The notes below the pieces were generated by a model. It made no database searches, was not told the origin of the DNA, and worked only from the letters and a program-made list of their open reading frames with translations. This document shows, in pieces, positions 1 to 12,937 of a stretch of DNA of 64,000 nucleotides (the stretch's first letter is position 1; every line of letters starts with the position of its first letter). Made by a program: the position numbers and the translations under genes. This stretch comes from Cercozoa sp. M6MM (lineage: Eukaryota > Protista > Endomyxa: Ascetosporea). Location of the stretch: assembly GCA_040357565.1 (NCBI GenBank), contig JBDODJ010000017.1. One strand, 5' to 3'.

Positions 1-63
1 ACCCTCTCCCTTAGCCCCCTCTTTACTTCCCTTTTAACCCCTCTTTAGCCCCCCCCCCCCCAG

Positions 64-279
64 TCCAACGCCTACTGCGACGTCGACGACCGCGAGATCG
101 TGCAGGTGGCCATGGCTGTGCTAGGCACGCCAGTGACGCCCAACATGCAGGTGCTGGCAGACTCGACTTCGCAGGAGAGGCGCTTCGTGCCGCTCGAGTT
201 CGCCGTGGCTGTGGCGGCGCGCGCCTGCCGCGTGCCCGAGTCGCGCGTGCATGCCGCCCTGGCACGTCTGCGTCTGTGA
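64..279 (+). CDS. Last exon of an uncharacterised gene entering from the left edge
   Basis: C-rich intron tail ending CAG at 61-63, then an open GC3-rich frame SNAYCDVDDREIVQVAM...ALARLRL ending TGA at 277-279. Confidence 0.6.
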   Translation, partial: SNAYCDVDDREIVQVAMAVLGTPVTPNMQVLADSTSQERRFVPLEFAVAVAARACRVPESRVHAALARLRL

Positions 280-793
280 ACGCATAGTTTTCCTTTGCTA
301 TGTTACTGCACACTTTCAGTAGTCATTGCTCTGACCCGTCCGCGTGGAGGTCATCATCTATGTCTCAAACAAGTTTGAGACTGGGGAGAAGCAGAAAGCT
401 CCGTCGCGGCTTCGGCCTGGCGGAGTTTTTGTTAAAAACGCATTAATACTACGACCAAGGACGTCTTCCTTCGGTCGAGATCCAGTGGGATCTTCTCGAG
501 ACCCAGTAGGGGTTTTTCACCTTCAGTTCTATCGTTGTCTCAACTGAGTGACGACTTAAGTTTTATCTAACTGAATGATATATTTAGTCTCTCCTTTCCC
601 TTACTGATTGGGCCATTGAGCCGCAGTAACATGCACACGACACAGTTATGTAACTTATAAAGTTAGGGGTACGGTGGCTTGGCTAGTTAGCTAGTCTGCC
701 AGGCTGGTCAGTTTCGTTTCAGTTAACGTTGCGGTTGATCAACTTGCGTTTCGACCAAGTTCGGTGTTCAATTCACTTGCCCTGCAGGCAGCC

Positions 794-2914
794 ATGGGTA
801 ACTCGGAGTTAGCGACTGGTGACAATTCTCTGCTTCCTCAGCATTGTTGCTCTATTCTCTCGACTGGGGTGTACTTAGACCGTTTTTTGGAGTCCAGTCA
901 CTCCACAGGTCGTAAATATACAAACACAGTGACAACCGGGGATCAACGTTAGTGCTGGCGGCTGGGTTCAGGGTGCGATTAGGACAGGGCAAGGGAGTAC
1001 TTAGGCCTTGTGGACTACCCTGCACTGACTGCATAAGGACACCAAAACAGTCACCCAAGTGAACAGACTGGTTTGTTTTTTGACGTACCAATTCCTCCAG
1101 CATCCAGGGATGACGGACAGTCGGCAGGAACGCGAGAAAGTGCTCGACAGCTTGTCTGAGTTCATCACATCGTGCCTGGAGTCGTACCGCAACTCGAAAA
1201 AGGCAAAAGATGAACCGACCGACTTTGACTTTGGAGAAAACGAAGCCACGGAACTCGCGGCTTTGCTCAGCGGCGATATTGAGCGTTTTGTTCGAAGACA
1301 ACTGACCGAAGGCAAGGGGCTTCTGAAGCACTGTGATATTTTGCTGTACATCGGCTGCGCTCCCTGGGTCATAGACATCTGTGGTACTTATGACTTTTGC
1401 TTCACTAAGCTTCGGCTAATTTGCAGTTTCTGTGTCAGGTCGCAACGTGTCCATGCACCTGTCGCACCTGATCCTCGAGGCACTGCCGCGCGATGGAGTG
1501 CCGCCTGTTCTACGTGCTGCGCACGACTACCTGCGCACTCAAGTTGTGCCCAGAATAGGAGACGGGATCTTAATTGTGCCCCAGTGTTACGAGCGACTCG
1601 ATTGTAATCACGGGCTATGGGTCTCCAAGACTAAGTTTTGGGTCTAGTATTAGCTGTTCTTGTAGGCCGCGCCATCAACCAAGAGGAGACTGTCGGACTG
1701 GCACCGGTGTGGTGCGACTTGCCTACCGACGTTCGAGTGCTCATCTGGCTCTTTTCGTTTCAGCAACTTATCGCTCGCGAAGATTGGCATGAGGATTTGT
1801 TCGACAACTTCGTCAAAGCAATGTCGCCGTGCAATGTGCTGGCGGCAGAGTTTCCGCCCGAGGCTGAAGCGTTTCGTGTCGTTCTTGCCGAAGAATTTGG
1901 GTCAATCGGTCGGGACGTCGAGTGGTCGCAACTACTGCTGCGTTTCCTGCAGAACGACGAGTTCGACTCGTTGTGCATGAAAAACAATCAGAACGAGTTC
2001 GACTTGCTGAACTTCTGCTTGATTTCCCGCATACTGTTGAAATCGAGGGTGGGCGGTGTTGGTGCCTTCCTGAATTCTCCTGAAGAATTTTACAAACTCG
2101 ACGACGACGTCCAGTTGCGCCTCATTGAGTTGGTCAGTTGGATCTTTTGATTCAATTTAGCAGTTGTCTCCCCTGCAGCATCATTTATCATTTTGTATTG
2201 ACTGGAGTCTGGGAGCAGTTCTACTACGTTTGCGGTCTGGAGGTCACTGATGATGGCGCAAAGTTTCGAACGCTGGCCCCTGAACCGGAAAAAATCGGAC
2301 TGCCGTTTCTGTATCGACTGGCTACCGCTGAGCTGTCGACATACAACGCGCTCTTCTTTGTGCATTTGACTCAAGCTTGTGTCCGAAGCCTCCAGGATCC
2401 CACATGCGCCAACTCCGATGTCGACATTGTGCTCGAAGAAGTCCTTGATGGGCTGATGAACCACTCCAGTCGCATCAAACTGACAACTGAAACTGAGGTA
2501 AATTTACACATTTAACAGTTTGTCTGTAAACTATATGTCTGTTAACTATAAATACAGAACACCTCGCCATGCCAACTCACTGAAGACGACGCAAAAGAAC
2601 TAGTGTCTTTGAACACGTCGGTGGTGGTACCGATTCTCAGAACTGCAGTGAACGAGTGCACTGGACGCCAGAAAACACGGGCCGCAAACATGCTTGAGAA
2701 GTTTCGCACTGCGGAGGTAAATTTACAAGGTGCATACTGGTACGCATACGCCGAATATAATTTTGCCCGTATCTAAGGCTACAATACTGATAGTACATGT
2801 TATGATTGCTTTGAAAAACAGCCTGCAACCAAACGTCGCAAAACTGTACTGTCCAGCAAACAAGATGAAATTGCCCAGTTTATACTAACCTAAAATATTT
2901 ACTTGTAGAAGTGA
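794..2914 (+). CDS. Multi-exon hypothetical helical protein with C-terminal basic NLS-like motif (PATKRRK)
   Basis: ORFs 1059-1607, 1638-2150 and 2138-2515 are joined by GT-AG introns; the last exons read ...EKFRTAE|PATKRRKT|K*. Start uncertain (794 or ~1110). Confidence 0.55.
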
Positions 2915-3190
2915 CTCTAATGAGAAATCCTCAACATCGCCAGGTGTGCTCGGTCGTGTGCTGGGGAGAGGGCGTCAAATTTACATCGTTCCGGAGCGAC
3001 AAAAAACAAAATTAAAAATGTTGCCACGCATCCGGCGTTTCAGTTGAACTGACTAGGCTTGCATTCATCGGTTAAACTACGTTACAGCTACTGTCGGTAA
3101 ACGCTCTAGGGCATTGACGGACGGAACTGAAGAACGGAACTGACTGACTCACGACTGCCGTGCCAGTCGCAGTTGATCATGAATTTTCGT

Positions 3191-4104
3191 TTATATACGC
3201 ACGCCACCATCGCGTACATCGATGATCGAATCGCAGTCCGAGTTCGATGAGTACAATACTGCCGCTCGAGCGAGTCTATCAACGCAATCCGATGCGTTGC
3301 AGTTTGAGAGCGCGGTTTCAGTAAGCGGAGCTTCGTCAGTCTTGGTGGGGGTGTTCTCGACCCATTTCAGCTTCCTTGACATCTGCAAAGCATGAGCACA
3401 TGTCACCCAACACAGAAAGGCAGGGTGACAGAAGCATAGCTATTCGCCTACCAGAGAGTAATCTGGCGCCACTGGCGAGAATGCGCGCACTGTTCTTGGA
3501 CAGAGCGTCGACAGAGCGCTGACGGAGGTGTGTGGCCACGGAGGCAGCGTGCTGCTCGAGCAGCGCCAGGTGGCCCTGCAACTCGTGCTGATTCGCCGTG
3601 ATCCACGGCAGTGCCGCGTGGAACAGCCTCTGTGCGCCGCCATTCCACACCAGCACGGCCACGCACAATGCGCGCAGCTCGGCAAAGCCCCAGACGAAGC
3701 CAAACACGGCATCGATCACGGTGTTGACAATGACGCCGAGTGCCAGCACGACAAAGTACGAGATCAGGTAGTCCTGTCCAGTCACAACCCCTTCAGGCAA
3801 CCCCTTCAGACAACAAAGGCGAAACAAACCGCTTCGTAGCGCAAACGGTTCGGCAGGTGCGACAAAACGCCAACGAGATCGCTTGGCGTTTCTCCCGCTG
3901 CTTCGGATTCCGAGTGTGACCTCATCGCCAGCTCCTTTTCGGCCGCTTGCACGAACAGGAAGGCTCTACAAAGACACATATGGCGGCACAACACAAGAAA
4001 GTAGAACGATGGCACCTTCGCAGCGGCATCATGATGCCAACGACGCTCACAAAGACATTGGCAACGAACCACGACAACGTGCCAAGTAGATCCAGAAAAT
4101 GCAT
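3191..4104 (-). CDS. TB2/DP1/HVA22 (REEP/Yop1)-like membrane protein
   Basis: Hydrophobic segment VFVSVVGIMMP, then LISYFVVLALG...AVFGFVWGFAELRALCVAVLVWNGGAQRLFHAALPW, resembling the REEP pattern YWVV...GA..(Y/F)...P; spliced. Confidence 0.55.
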
Positions 4105-4311
4105 CCTGGCGGGGTACCACCCGTTAAAACAGGGATTGTAACACTGTGCTCAGGCAGAATTCAGCCCAATCAATTGGGTGAGCTTGCTTTTAATTCAGCC
4201 TGTATAACTCTCCTGATCGGAGTTGTTCAGAAAAACACATGAGAATTTTCAGTTGGTATCGACGGATACAGGTTAGTTATTTGAGTTAAAGAAATCACTG
4301 GCAGCTCAAGT

Positions 4312-6900
4312 TTAGGAGCCCTCCTCGCCGGAGAGTTCGCCATCGCCTTCGCTGTGACGCGTGGCTCGCTGGTGAGTGCTTCGCAACACGCGCTCCCAGG
4401 TTCTGTCAGCAAAAAACAAACGGGTCAGTCAGTCGGTCAGCCAAAAAAGGTCAAACAAGCAGGGTCACACCGTCCGTGCGGATCGAGATGAGTGGGCGAC
4501 AGCGCCGTCACCAGCGAGATCGGCAGCATGCACGTGCGGTTGTTAACCAGGCCTGCGGGGAGGGGGTTCAGTTAGGTAAATAATGGGGTAGTAGTGAGAG
4601 AGGGGGGGGGGGGGGGGTAAAACCCGAAGTGAAGCCCGTGAAGCCGGCCATGGCGCCGTGGACGGCGTTGTGCGCCAGCACCATGCAGTAGACCTGGTCG
4701 CTGGCTGAGGCCGGGACAGATCGGACCATGTACTTGGGCTCATTGTCCTTGATGGTCAGCTCAATGTTCTGCTTCTTGAGACGCGTCTTGATCTCGTACT
4801 TCTGTGCACAACAAGGAAGTTCTTAGCCCCCTTTGCCCCCCACGTACCCCCTCTGGCCCCCTAGGGTACCAGGAGAGTGGAGATGTCCTTGAGTTTCAGG
4901 TTGCCACTGGCGTCGTACTCCTCCTCTCCCTTAAGCAGGTCCTGACCGGCACCCTCCGCCAGTACAATGACACAGTAGGCCTGTACAGTGTAGCCACAGG
5001 GATTGTAGCCACAGGTGATTGTAGCCACAGGTGGTAGTAGCCACAGGTGGTAGTAGCCACAGGTGCTTTTACCTGATGCTCGAGACAGTTGGCAACGTGC
5101 TGTACGACCTCGTCGATCGTGAAGCTCACTTCCGGCACCAGGCACAGGTCGGCGCAGCCACTGGGGGGGGGGGGGGGGGTAAGGGGGAAGGGGGTAAAGG
5201 GGTAAAGGGGCGGGGGACAAAGCACCTCGCCAAGGTGACATTGGCGGCAATGAAGCCACTGGCACGTCCCATCACCGTGACAACACCGACACCATTGCGG
5301 TGTGATCGTGCCTCTGCATCAATATGATCGATCATGATCGATCACAAGCAATCACAAGCGATCACAAGCGATCAATCAGGGACAAAAGGTACCAGTGTAG
5401 ACGGACTGCACGGCGCGATTGGCCTCCTCGACGGCCGTGTTGAAACCGAAAGAGCGATCGATCACGGCGATGTCGTTGTCGATCGTCTTGGGCACGCCCA
5501 CCACGCAGACCTGAGATGTCCAAAGCGACCGTACACCTGGACCAGTAGGCACTCAGTTTAGAGCGAACAACCTTGTGCTTGCGGCGGCGACACTCGTGGT
5601 GCAGAATCTGCGCGCCGCGATGCGTGCCGTCGCCGCCGATGATGTAGATCTGGTTGAACCCGTGCTGCTCAATGCCTGGGGGTGGGGGGGGGGGGGGGGG
5701 GGGGGGCGGGGGGTAAAGGGGAAGGGGGGGGGGGGGGGGTAAAGTGAAGGGTAAAGTGAAGGGTAAAGTGAAGGCTACTGTCCATGATCTTGTCGAGGTC
5801 AAAACCGCCGCGACTGGTCTGCAGCAGCGTGCCACCGTGCAGCCACGCGTTGTCCGTCTGCGCCGTGTCCGGCAGCAGCTGTGTCACCCAACAACACGTT
5901 TGTTTACATACATCAACACGCTTGTCTACACTAGGTAGTACCGGGATCGGCGGCAGTGTTTCCGAATAGCTGGGAGGGGGGTAAAGAGTGGATATAAGAA
6001 GGTGGAAGTATAAGAAGGTGGGGGGTATAAGAAGGTGTGGGGGGGGGGGTAAAACTACAAGCCAGCGTAGCCGCCACGGATGCCGTAGATTTTGTCGACC
6101 GAGTAGTTGTAGTACTACGGACCAGTTTGTTCACACATAGACACACTCAGGTACTGCACAGTCTACCAGCATGCTGACGAGTTCGGTGATGACGCGGTTC
6201 ATGCCGGGACACAATCCGCCTGGACACAGCCTCTCATACCCTCTTTTACCCCCCCCCCAGTCTGAAAGAAATACCGCAGGTCACAATGGCGGCGCACACT
6301 TCCGAAGGCTCGAAAACAATGTCCGGCCGCGGTCCGGCGCGCATGAATCCAACGGCGTCGCCCAGGCCCTCTCTGAGTCCAACACACGGGTGAAACACAC
6401 ACGGGTCACTGGTCACACACGTACCGGCGGACAGCATCCGCGAGAACGATCTGATCGTCGCCGATCGGGTGAGTGAAGCCACAGCGTCCACTGTCGCCTC
6501 CGCCTGTGGTAAGGGGTAAGGGGTGAGGGTTAAGACGGGGGTGAAAAGGTACGCGTGCGGAAGAACTTGTTGGGCACACTCTCGACGTCGAGAAAGTCGC
6601 GCAGATGCGCCACTTGGTGCACGTGCACGCGGTTGATCTTGACTGCAGTCCCCACAACATACACAAAGAAGCAGCATCACGAGTTGAAACACGAACCGTT
6701 CTCTGCAGTCCACGTGTGCTGCATGATCTTCTCCGACATGAGGCCATGCTGGCCCGAATGCAGCAGCGACACTGTGTCAATAAAATCAACCTGTAACAAC
6801 ACTGATGGCGAGAAACGCCTGCTTACGTTTCTTGCGAATCGGCCTCGGGTCTTGCTCAGCCGCCTGGGCGCTGATTCCTGACGCTGACGCACTCATATAA
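4312..6900 (-). CDS. PFK: ATP-dependent 6-phosphofructokinase (plant/kinetoplastid-type, group X)
   Basis: Spliced exons give [66 protein letters not shown] and [12 protein letters not shown]; stop TAA at 4312-4314. 5' end approximate. Confidence 0.95.
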
Positions 6901-7589
6901 TGCTCTGCACGCACGGGAAGCCAGTCAAGTCTGCAATCGCCGGGCGTGCAGCCTCTGGGTACGACGTCTGCGGGAGCGCTGGGTAAAATGTTATTTTTAA
7001 GTGAACGATCGAGTGGCAGGTAGTTTTATTGAACTGAGAAACGTAGTCAACACCGTGGTATCAGTGGATTAATTGCTATGTCTTCTGCAGCTGGCTGATT
7101 TGCGGCGCGCTGTTGCGGCACTATGCCAAGAAAGTTGTCGACTTGGCCTGCGCCTTGCATCGATCGTGAACTGCTCGTTTGATCCGAGATTTCAGAAGGA
7201 TCGTCCTGTTTCCGACACAAGGCACTATGCTGGCTGGGTTAATCTAGTATAGCTATGACGCACCAACTCGTCTTCCGGCTGATCCGATTGGAGCAATCGC
7301 TCGACCGACGACAAATCAAGTTCACGCGTAGTCTCGTCCGAACTCCAGTGCGCGAGCTTGCGGAACACTCTGTCAGTGGTGAAACAGGCATCAAACTGAT
7401 GTACATGTGCACCTACTTTTACTTTAGCGACTGTTTTGTACTGTACCTGCCAAGTTGCATGGCAGAAGGACGCCGTTGTGGCGACAGTTTCAATGCATAC
7501 GCCAGAGCCTGAGTGATGCCGCGTTGCAGAGGACTTTGAGTCTCTCCTATGCCGATGCAGATATTCAATATAACTAAAAATAGCAAACT

Positions 7590-9523
7590 GTACTGTACAG
7601 TACCTCTCTGTGGACCAGTGCGTTCGAGGGTCAACTCATGACGCAGCAGTGTGTCGTCCGGCACACTACAAGAGGCAGGCACGAAGCTCGCCTGCCGTAG
7701 TTTCTTCCGCGTGCTTGCAGAGTGCGCACGTACACGGGGTGACTGCGTGTGCTGCTGCTGTCGCCGGTACATACTCGGCGTAACCCGCGCGAAAGCAGGT
7801 GCCGTCAGCAAGTCGTACTCTGCCAGCAGTGCAGGCGGAGGACGCTCCAAAACGGCCTGCGGGGATCAAAAATCGTTCCGTTGTATATATTTAAAGGCAA
7901 AGAACGACACCAGCGCAAGCATGCCAATGCCCCAGACGTCCTGCTTGAACAAGTGCTGTGCAGGCAACTGACACTGCACAGGTGCTGTGTCGTCATCGAA
8001 GTCACTCCCGTCAAAGAGTTGGACGGAGCGCGGGTCGTGCCAGTAGGCCATATCACCGACTGCGGAACTGCGACATCTGCCGCGTTTGCGTTTCGCCTGT
8101 TGTACGAGTGTGCACAAGCGGACCTCGGGTGCGGCTACAAAGACTCGTCCCGAACTGGAGCTGAACTGTCGGACGGCACGAATGTCGGTCAAGACTTCGG
8201 GACTTGTGGTGCCAGGTGCGACATGAACAGCGCCGGCAAAGTTGCTTAGAACAGGCGAGAGGTGGCTAACGTGATCACTGGGCGAACTGCCCTGTGTCGC
8301 CTGCCGCGAGGAGCCTTGTAGTGCCGCATTGAGGTTGCTGACCGTTGTTGAAGTACTCAGGCCGAGTCTTCGAACTCGCACGGTTTGATCTGTGATGCCG
8401 CGATGCACGACGCCGTTGCGGTGCGAGTGTGCCACTCTACCAGTAAATACAGTGACATAAATGCGACAGTATTTCTGTACTGTCAAAATAAAAAGGTACG
8501 CTTCGCACAGCTCGGCCAAGAAGGAAAGACGAGACTCGAGCGAGTGGAACAATTGGTCTAGTTGCAGTTCGTGCACGGTCGGAAGCGAGTGGAACACGAT
8601 AGCCGTTCCGACTGCTTCGCTATGCACAAACAGCGGTGCTTCGATGTTCTTGTGCCATGGCTCGGCCAGCAAGTCGACAGTGAAGACATCGCCACTACCC
8701 CAACGATATAAACTTACAGTACCAATAAAATTATCACAATACTGATTGAGAGATGCAATAGAGACACCTCTTTCTGACGCTGCGGGGCAAATCAGAGTTG
8801 CCAAGGTGCACCTGGCGCAGCAGACGAAGATATCTACTGATACAAAAGACACTCGGACTCATGTAGATGTTTGTGGGGGCCGTGGCGACGTGACGCGTCC
8901 CTGTCCGCGAACTGAACCATCGGCGAAGGCAGTTGGTTTCGCGCTTCTCTTGCAGCATGCGCAGTGCTGTCGCGAACTCGGTATCGGCGGCAACGTGCAC
9001 CTTCCTGTCGCCGATAAGATCAGATGGCTGCACTTCGTTGCATGGCCTCTCTCCAAAGAAGCGTTCGCAGGCCGCCGTTGCCTCTCGCGTCAATTGCTGT
9101 AAGCGCCGGTTGTGCCACCCCAATGACATTGCCGACAACAACAACGTCTTCAGCATCGAGCGCAACTACGAACCGAGACAGGACAATGTAAATCTACGCT
9201 AAATCTACAACCCGATGGATACAGTTTATTCCTTTTGGAAGCCTACCGTCACCGTGCGACCTAGTACGCGCGAAAGGCCGCTCATTGTCGTAGTTTGGGT
9301 TGTCCGCAGCCGGTCTGTCGCAAACTAATGTGAACGTTGTGAGACATTTGCGAGTGGCGAGTGGCCTGGTCGGGTCGTTTCCAAGTGGTCGGAGGTTTTT
9401 TGTCGCTCGGACTTTGACACACACCCGTTTCAGCACGTGCGCGACTCTTTCTTTTTCGCGTGATATCAATCGCACGTCATGGCTCGGCGAACCTGTGATC
9501 CCCTTGCTTGAGTTAGGAATCAT
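7590..9523 (-). CDS. Protein kinase-fold protein, probably a pseudokinase
   Basis: Kinase C-lobe motifs in order: VAHSHRNGVVHRGI (HRD replaced by HRG), LSNFAG (DFG position), AAPE, QDVWGIG. Both ends approximate. Confidence 0.6.
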
Positions 9524-9782
9524 CTTTAAATTCAACTCGACTGCCAGTGCCGATATCGATGAGACGGTCCTAGCATGAATAACTGATACAAGTAGCGTAG
9601 CTTCGAAGAACAAAACGTGCACGTTGCATGCGAGTGAGAAAAACTGAAGTGGGTCCGAGTTTAATGAGAGTCGTTGTGAACGGAACTGTTGTGACGTGAA
9701 TTCAATTCGATTCATTGATTATCGTTATCCACTGCTTGGATGTGATTTACGCGACGTAACTGCGCGATAAGTACATATAACG

Positions 9783-10987
9783 TTACTGCGTACGACGCTT
9801 CTTCATGGGCGGTTCCTTCGCTTCTTCCGCTTCGTCGTCAACATCGTTCTCAGCCTGACCGGTGGCATCTTTGGTGACAATCTGCTCTGATGAGGCAGCC
9901 GGTGAGGCTGCAGCTTCTGTTGCAGCAACCCTAGCGCTTTCCTCATCAGCAGCTGTGGTTTCGTCGCGCGAAGTGGCGCTGCTGGCACTGCGACTGACGA
10001 CGAGCGTTTCTTCTTCTTCTTCGTCCTCGTCCTGCATCAAGGCCTCGCTCGGCGCGCTCGTGTCAGGTGAGTAGACTGGACGTGCTGCCATTTCGCAGAC
10101 GCTGTCTTCCACGTAGATGTGCGGATCACTCTGTTCAAAACAAGCGTTTCAAGTTTTTATTGGACAGGAAAAGTCAGAAAGCTTACGCATTCGAGATTAT
10201 CGACCCGACTGGCGTTTCGCTGGTATCGCTCCATATCGAAATCGATATTGAACAGCTCCAGATCTGCGTGCAGCAGGTTCGTCGACAAAGCCACCATGCC
10301 TGCAAAGAAAAGACAAAGTGTTTTTCCAGAACTGAAACAAAAAGGTCTGGTTGTACCAGCGTGCCGCGTTGATCCTCGCATGCAGAATTCAACGTGTGCT
10401 TTTTGGGCTTCTTCCGTGGCGATTACATCCTGTGCCTCGGCTATTTGTCTGTGCAGGTACATTCCACAAAGCTACAAAGCAATACCTCAAAGGCAACAAA
10501 GCACAGGAGACTCACCTTTCAATCTCTTCTTGAGTCGGCATGGCAGCGAGCTGCTCGTGCAACTCGTCGCACTTCTGTCTCTCCTGGTCAAGAGCCTTCG
10601 CCTCGCTGAGCTGCACCGTGAGTTCCTCGATCTTCTGCCGCACCTGCGCCACTTGCGCTCGAAGACTCTTCGAAAGCTCGACGTGTTTCTCTGCGCATTC
10701 GAACCGCGTCCAAAATAATAAAGAAACAAAGCGAAACTACTGTGCTCTTCGAGAAGCGAGTTGCGAGTCATGTTGCGAATCTTGCGCGACAATGACATAT
10801 GCTCGAGTGCTTGCAGTGCTGCTTTTGCGTGCTCTTGCCTGCGCGTATTAATTGTTCGATCTCACTTTGCGTTTCTCCAAAAAGGAAACCACCTGCTGTC
10901 GTCTGTCTCACGAATCAGGGCGCTCGTGTGCTTCAACAGCGCATCGATGTGCTCATCGGCGTAGCGCGCACGCTGCTCGTATTCCAT
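9783..10987 (-). CDS. THO complex subunit 7 (Thoc7/Mft1)-like protein with acidic tail and NLS
   Basis: Spliced coiled coil ...KIEELTVQLSEAKALDQERQKCDELHEQLAAMPTQEEIE resembles the THOC7 pattern L..AK..R..R.EYD.LA..I...P; ends PPMKKRRTQ*. Confidence 0.6.
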
Positions 10988-11182
10988 CTTTTTGGGAACG
11001 TTTAACGGATTTGGGGTCCAGCACAAACTTCACACTACAGCACACACGTCAGCTACTGCTCTGTGGGACCCTTGTGGTGTCTGAAACTTTCTGGCTCAAG
11101 CGGCTCGATTGAGTCAAAGTCCCTCTACAGCAAGCAAGCTGCCCTAATCACTGCAGTAGCAGCTTTAACGGGGTTTAATCAC

Positions 11183-12472
11183 AATGGCTGATGAATCGGT
11201 TTTAAGGAGAGAGCTAGATGCACTTCGACAAGGTGCAATCAATACTCTGTTATGCACGTGACCCCACGGTTTCTTTGTTGTTTGTGCAGATTACGCACTG
11301 ATGCAAAAAGACTATGAAAGCACAGTGACATTTCTTCGGGCGGAGCTGGCAAAGTACAAGAAGGAAGCTGAAGACAATAGGAGGGGCAGGTCGAATCTCG
11401 CCAGTGACGACAGCGACGCGCCGCCTGACGATGAGTTTGAGCAAGGACGCACACAAAGCGAGGACTTTGATGCTATTTTCGCTCTGTATGACATCTTTCC
11501 AAATGCAATTGACTGAACCCAGGAGAATAATAAGTTCGTCATTGTGCTTTTGAAACAGTCAAGCGCAGGTTCTTTCCACAAAGCTGAGTGAAGCCGAGGT
11601 TGCTCGTGCCACTGCACTAAACGACTGCGCAAGACTCGAAAAAGAAAACCAGAAGCTTCGTGAGCATATTGTGTTGTGCAGGAGAGTCATTCATCAGCGT
11701 AACAGTCGCTTCTTCGCTGTTTTTTCTGGTGCAGTTTTTTTCTGACGCAGTTTTTAATTTTGGTGTGCAGATGCGAAGCAAGCTGCAAGCGTTCGGAAAC
11801 GCACACGGCGGAAAGTGGAGCCACTTCCAACGTATTGAGACCTAGAAAAGCACTCCTTTGGTCTGATGTTTCTACTATGCGCAGGTCGGAAGAAGAAACA
11901 ATAAGATTGACACAGTTGCAAGCATCGCAGATCCTAAGAAACACATCTGAACACTCGCTTTCTAGTGAGGTGTTGTTCTTTTTTGATGGACGCTTCGTCT
12001 TGTACTTGCGTTGTTCCTTTAGAACAAGCAATTGAGACAAATCTCACAAGAACTCGCGGAGGAACTTGCACAGAATACAATGGTATCGATGCGGTCAGTT
12101 CGCATTTTTAGTGCAGCTGATTTGACTTTATACGCAGGCACTAAATTCTACAATGCAAGCGAATCGAATGCTTCTCAGTCGAGTGTATGTTTCGTTCAGT
12201 GCTTTAACCCATTCGTTCCGTTGAAGAAAGTAAATTTTACCTGTTCCTGCAGGGAAGAATTGGAAAAGTTTCTGTCGCTGACATCGGAACTGGAGCTGTC
12301 GGAAGATCTGCTGGGCACACCGGCCTCTGTGAGACGGCTAGAGCACATGCTTAACGACCTCGGTGATCAAGAGCAGCCTCACGATGAAACCGAATCTCTC
12401 AGTGCCCAGCCGTCAGACGGAGATCAAGAACTATCGACGACCAAACAAACTGAGCCTACACTAACTAAGTGA
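11183..12472 (+). CDS. Hypothetical coiled-coil protein
   Basis: MADESVLRRELDALRQ|DYALMQKDYESTVTFLRAELAKYKK...|QAQVLSTKLSEAEVARATALNDCARLEKENQKL joined by GT-AG introns. Confidence 0.6.
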
Positions 12473-12670
12473 GTGGTGACTCGTCGCAACTGTGTCCTGA
12501 TGGACCGGATAAGTCGTCCAGTACCTTCATTTCGAAATTCGCAGTTCCGTGTCCGGTTCCAATTTCGTTTGTGCACGACACTACCCGACCATACATCCAT
12601 ATCGTGTACACATACCGTACTACGCTCCGCCAAAACTACTTTTAGTTACTGTAACTATTCCTTTAGTTGA

Positions 12671-12740
12671 AAACTCCGAAAGCAACTGACACGTGCATCC
12701 CGACGGTGCCCCATGAAAGTCCGAACGCAACTGGCACGTG
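12671..12740. promoter_or_regulatory. Duplicated 25-bp element with CACGTG (E/G-box) upstream of the secreted-peptide gene
   Basis: aaactccgaaagcaactgacacgtg (12671-12695) versus aaagtccgaacgcaactggcacgtg (12716-12740), 3 mismatches. Confidence 0.35.
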
Positions 12741-12937
12741 TTACCGGGGACTGGTTTCGCTTGGTTCATACAGTAACCTGACCTTCTTTGCACTGCTCAG
12801 TATCGTACTTACTTGTCCCGGAAGTCTTGACACTTGAGCTCCTTGTCTGTGTACACTGCGGTAAATTTTTTTGCGACAGTACATTTTTGTCTCGTACACC
12901 CAGTGTTTTTGTGTCAACCTCGATCAGCAAATAAAAC

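Noticed and set aside
6986-7577. Possible small plus-strand gene between PFK and the pseudokinase
   Set aside because: Could not assemble a consistent spliced frame or recognise any motif.
7860-7915. Apparent in-frame stops suggesting stop-codon reassignment
   Set aside because: The cases checked fall inside GT-AG introns, and TAA, TAG and TGA are all used as genuine terminators.
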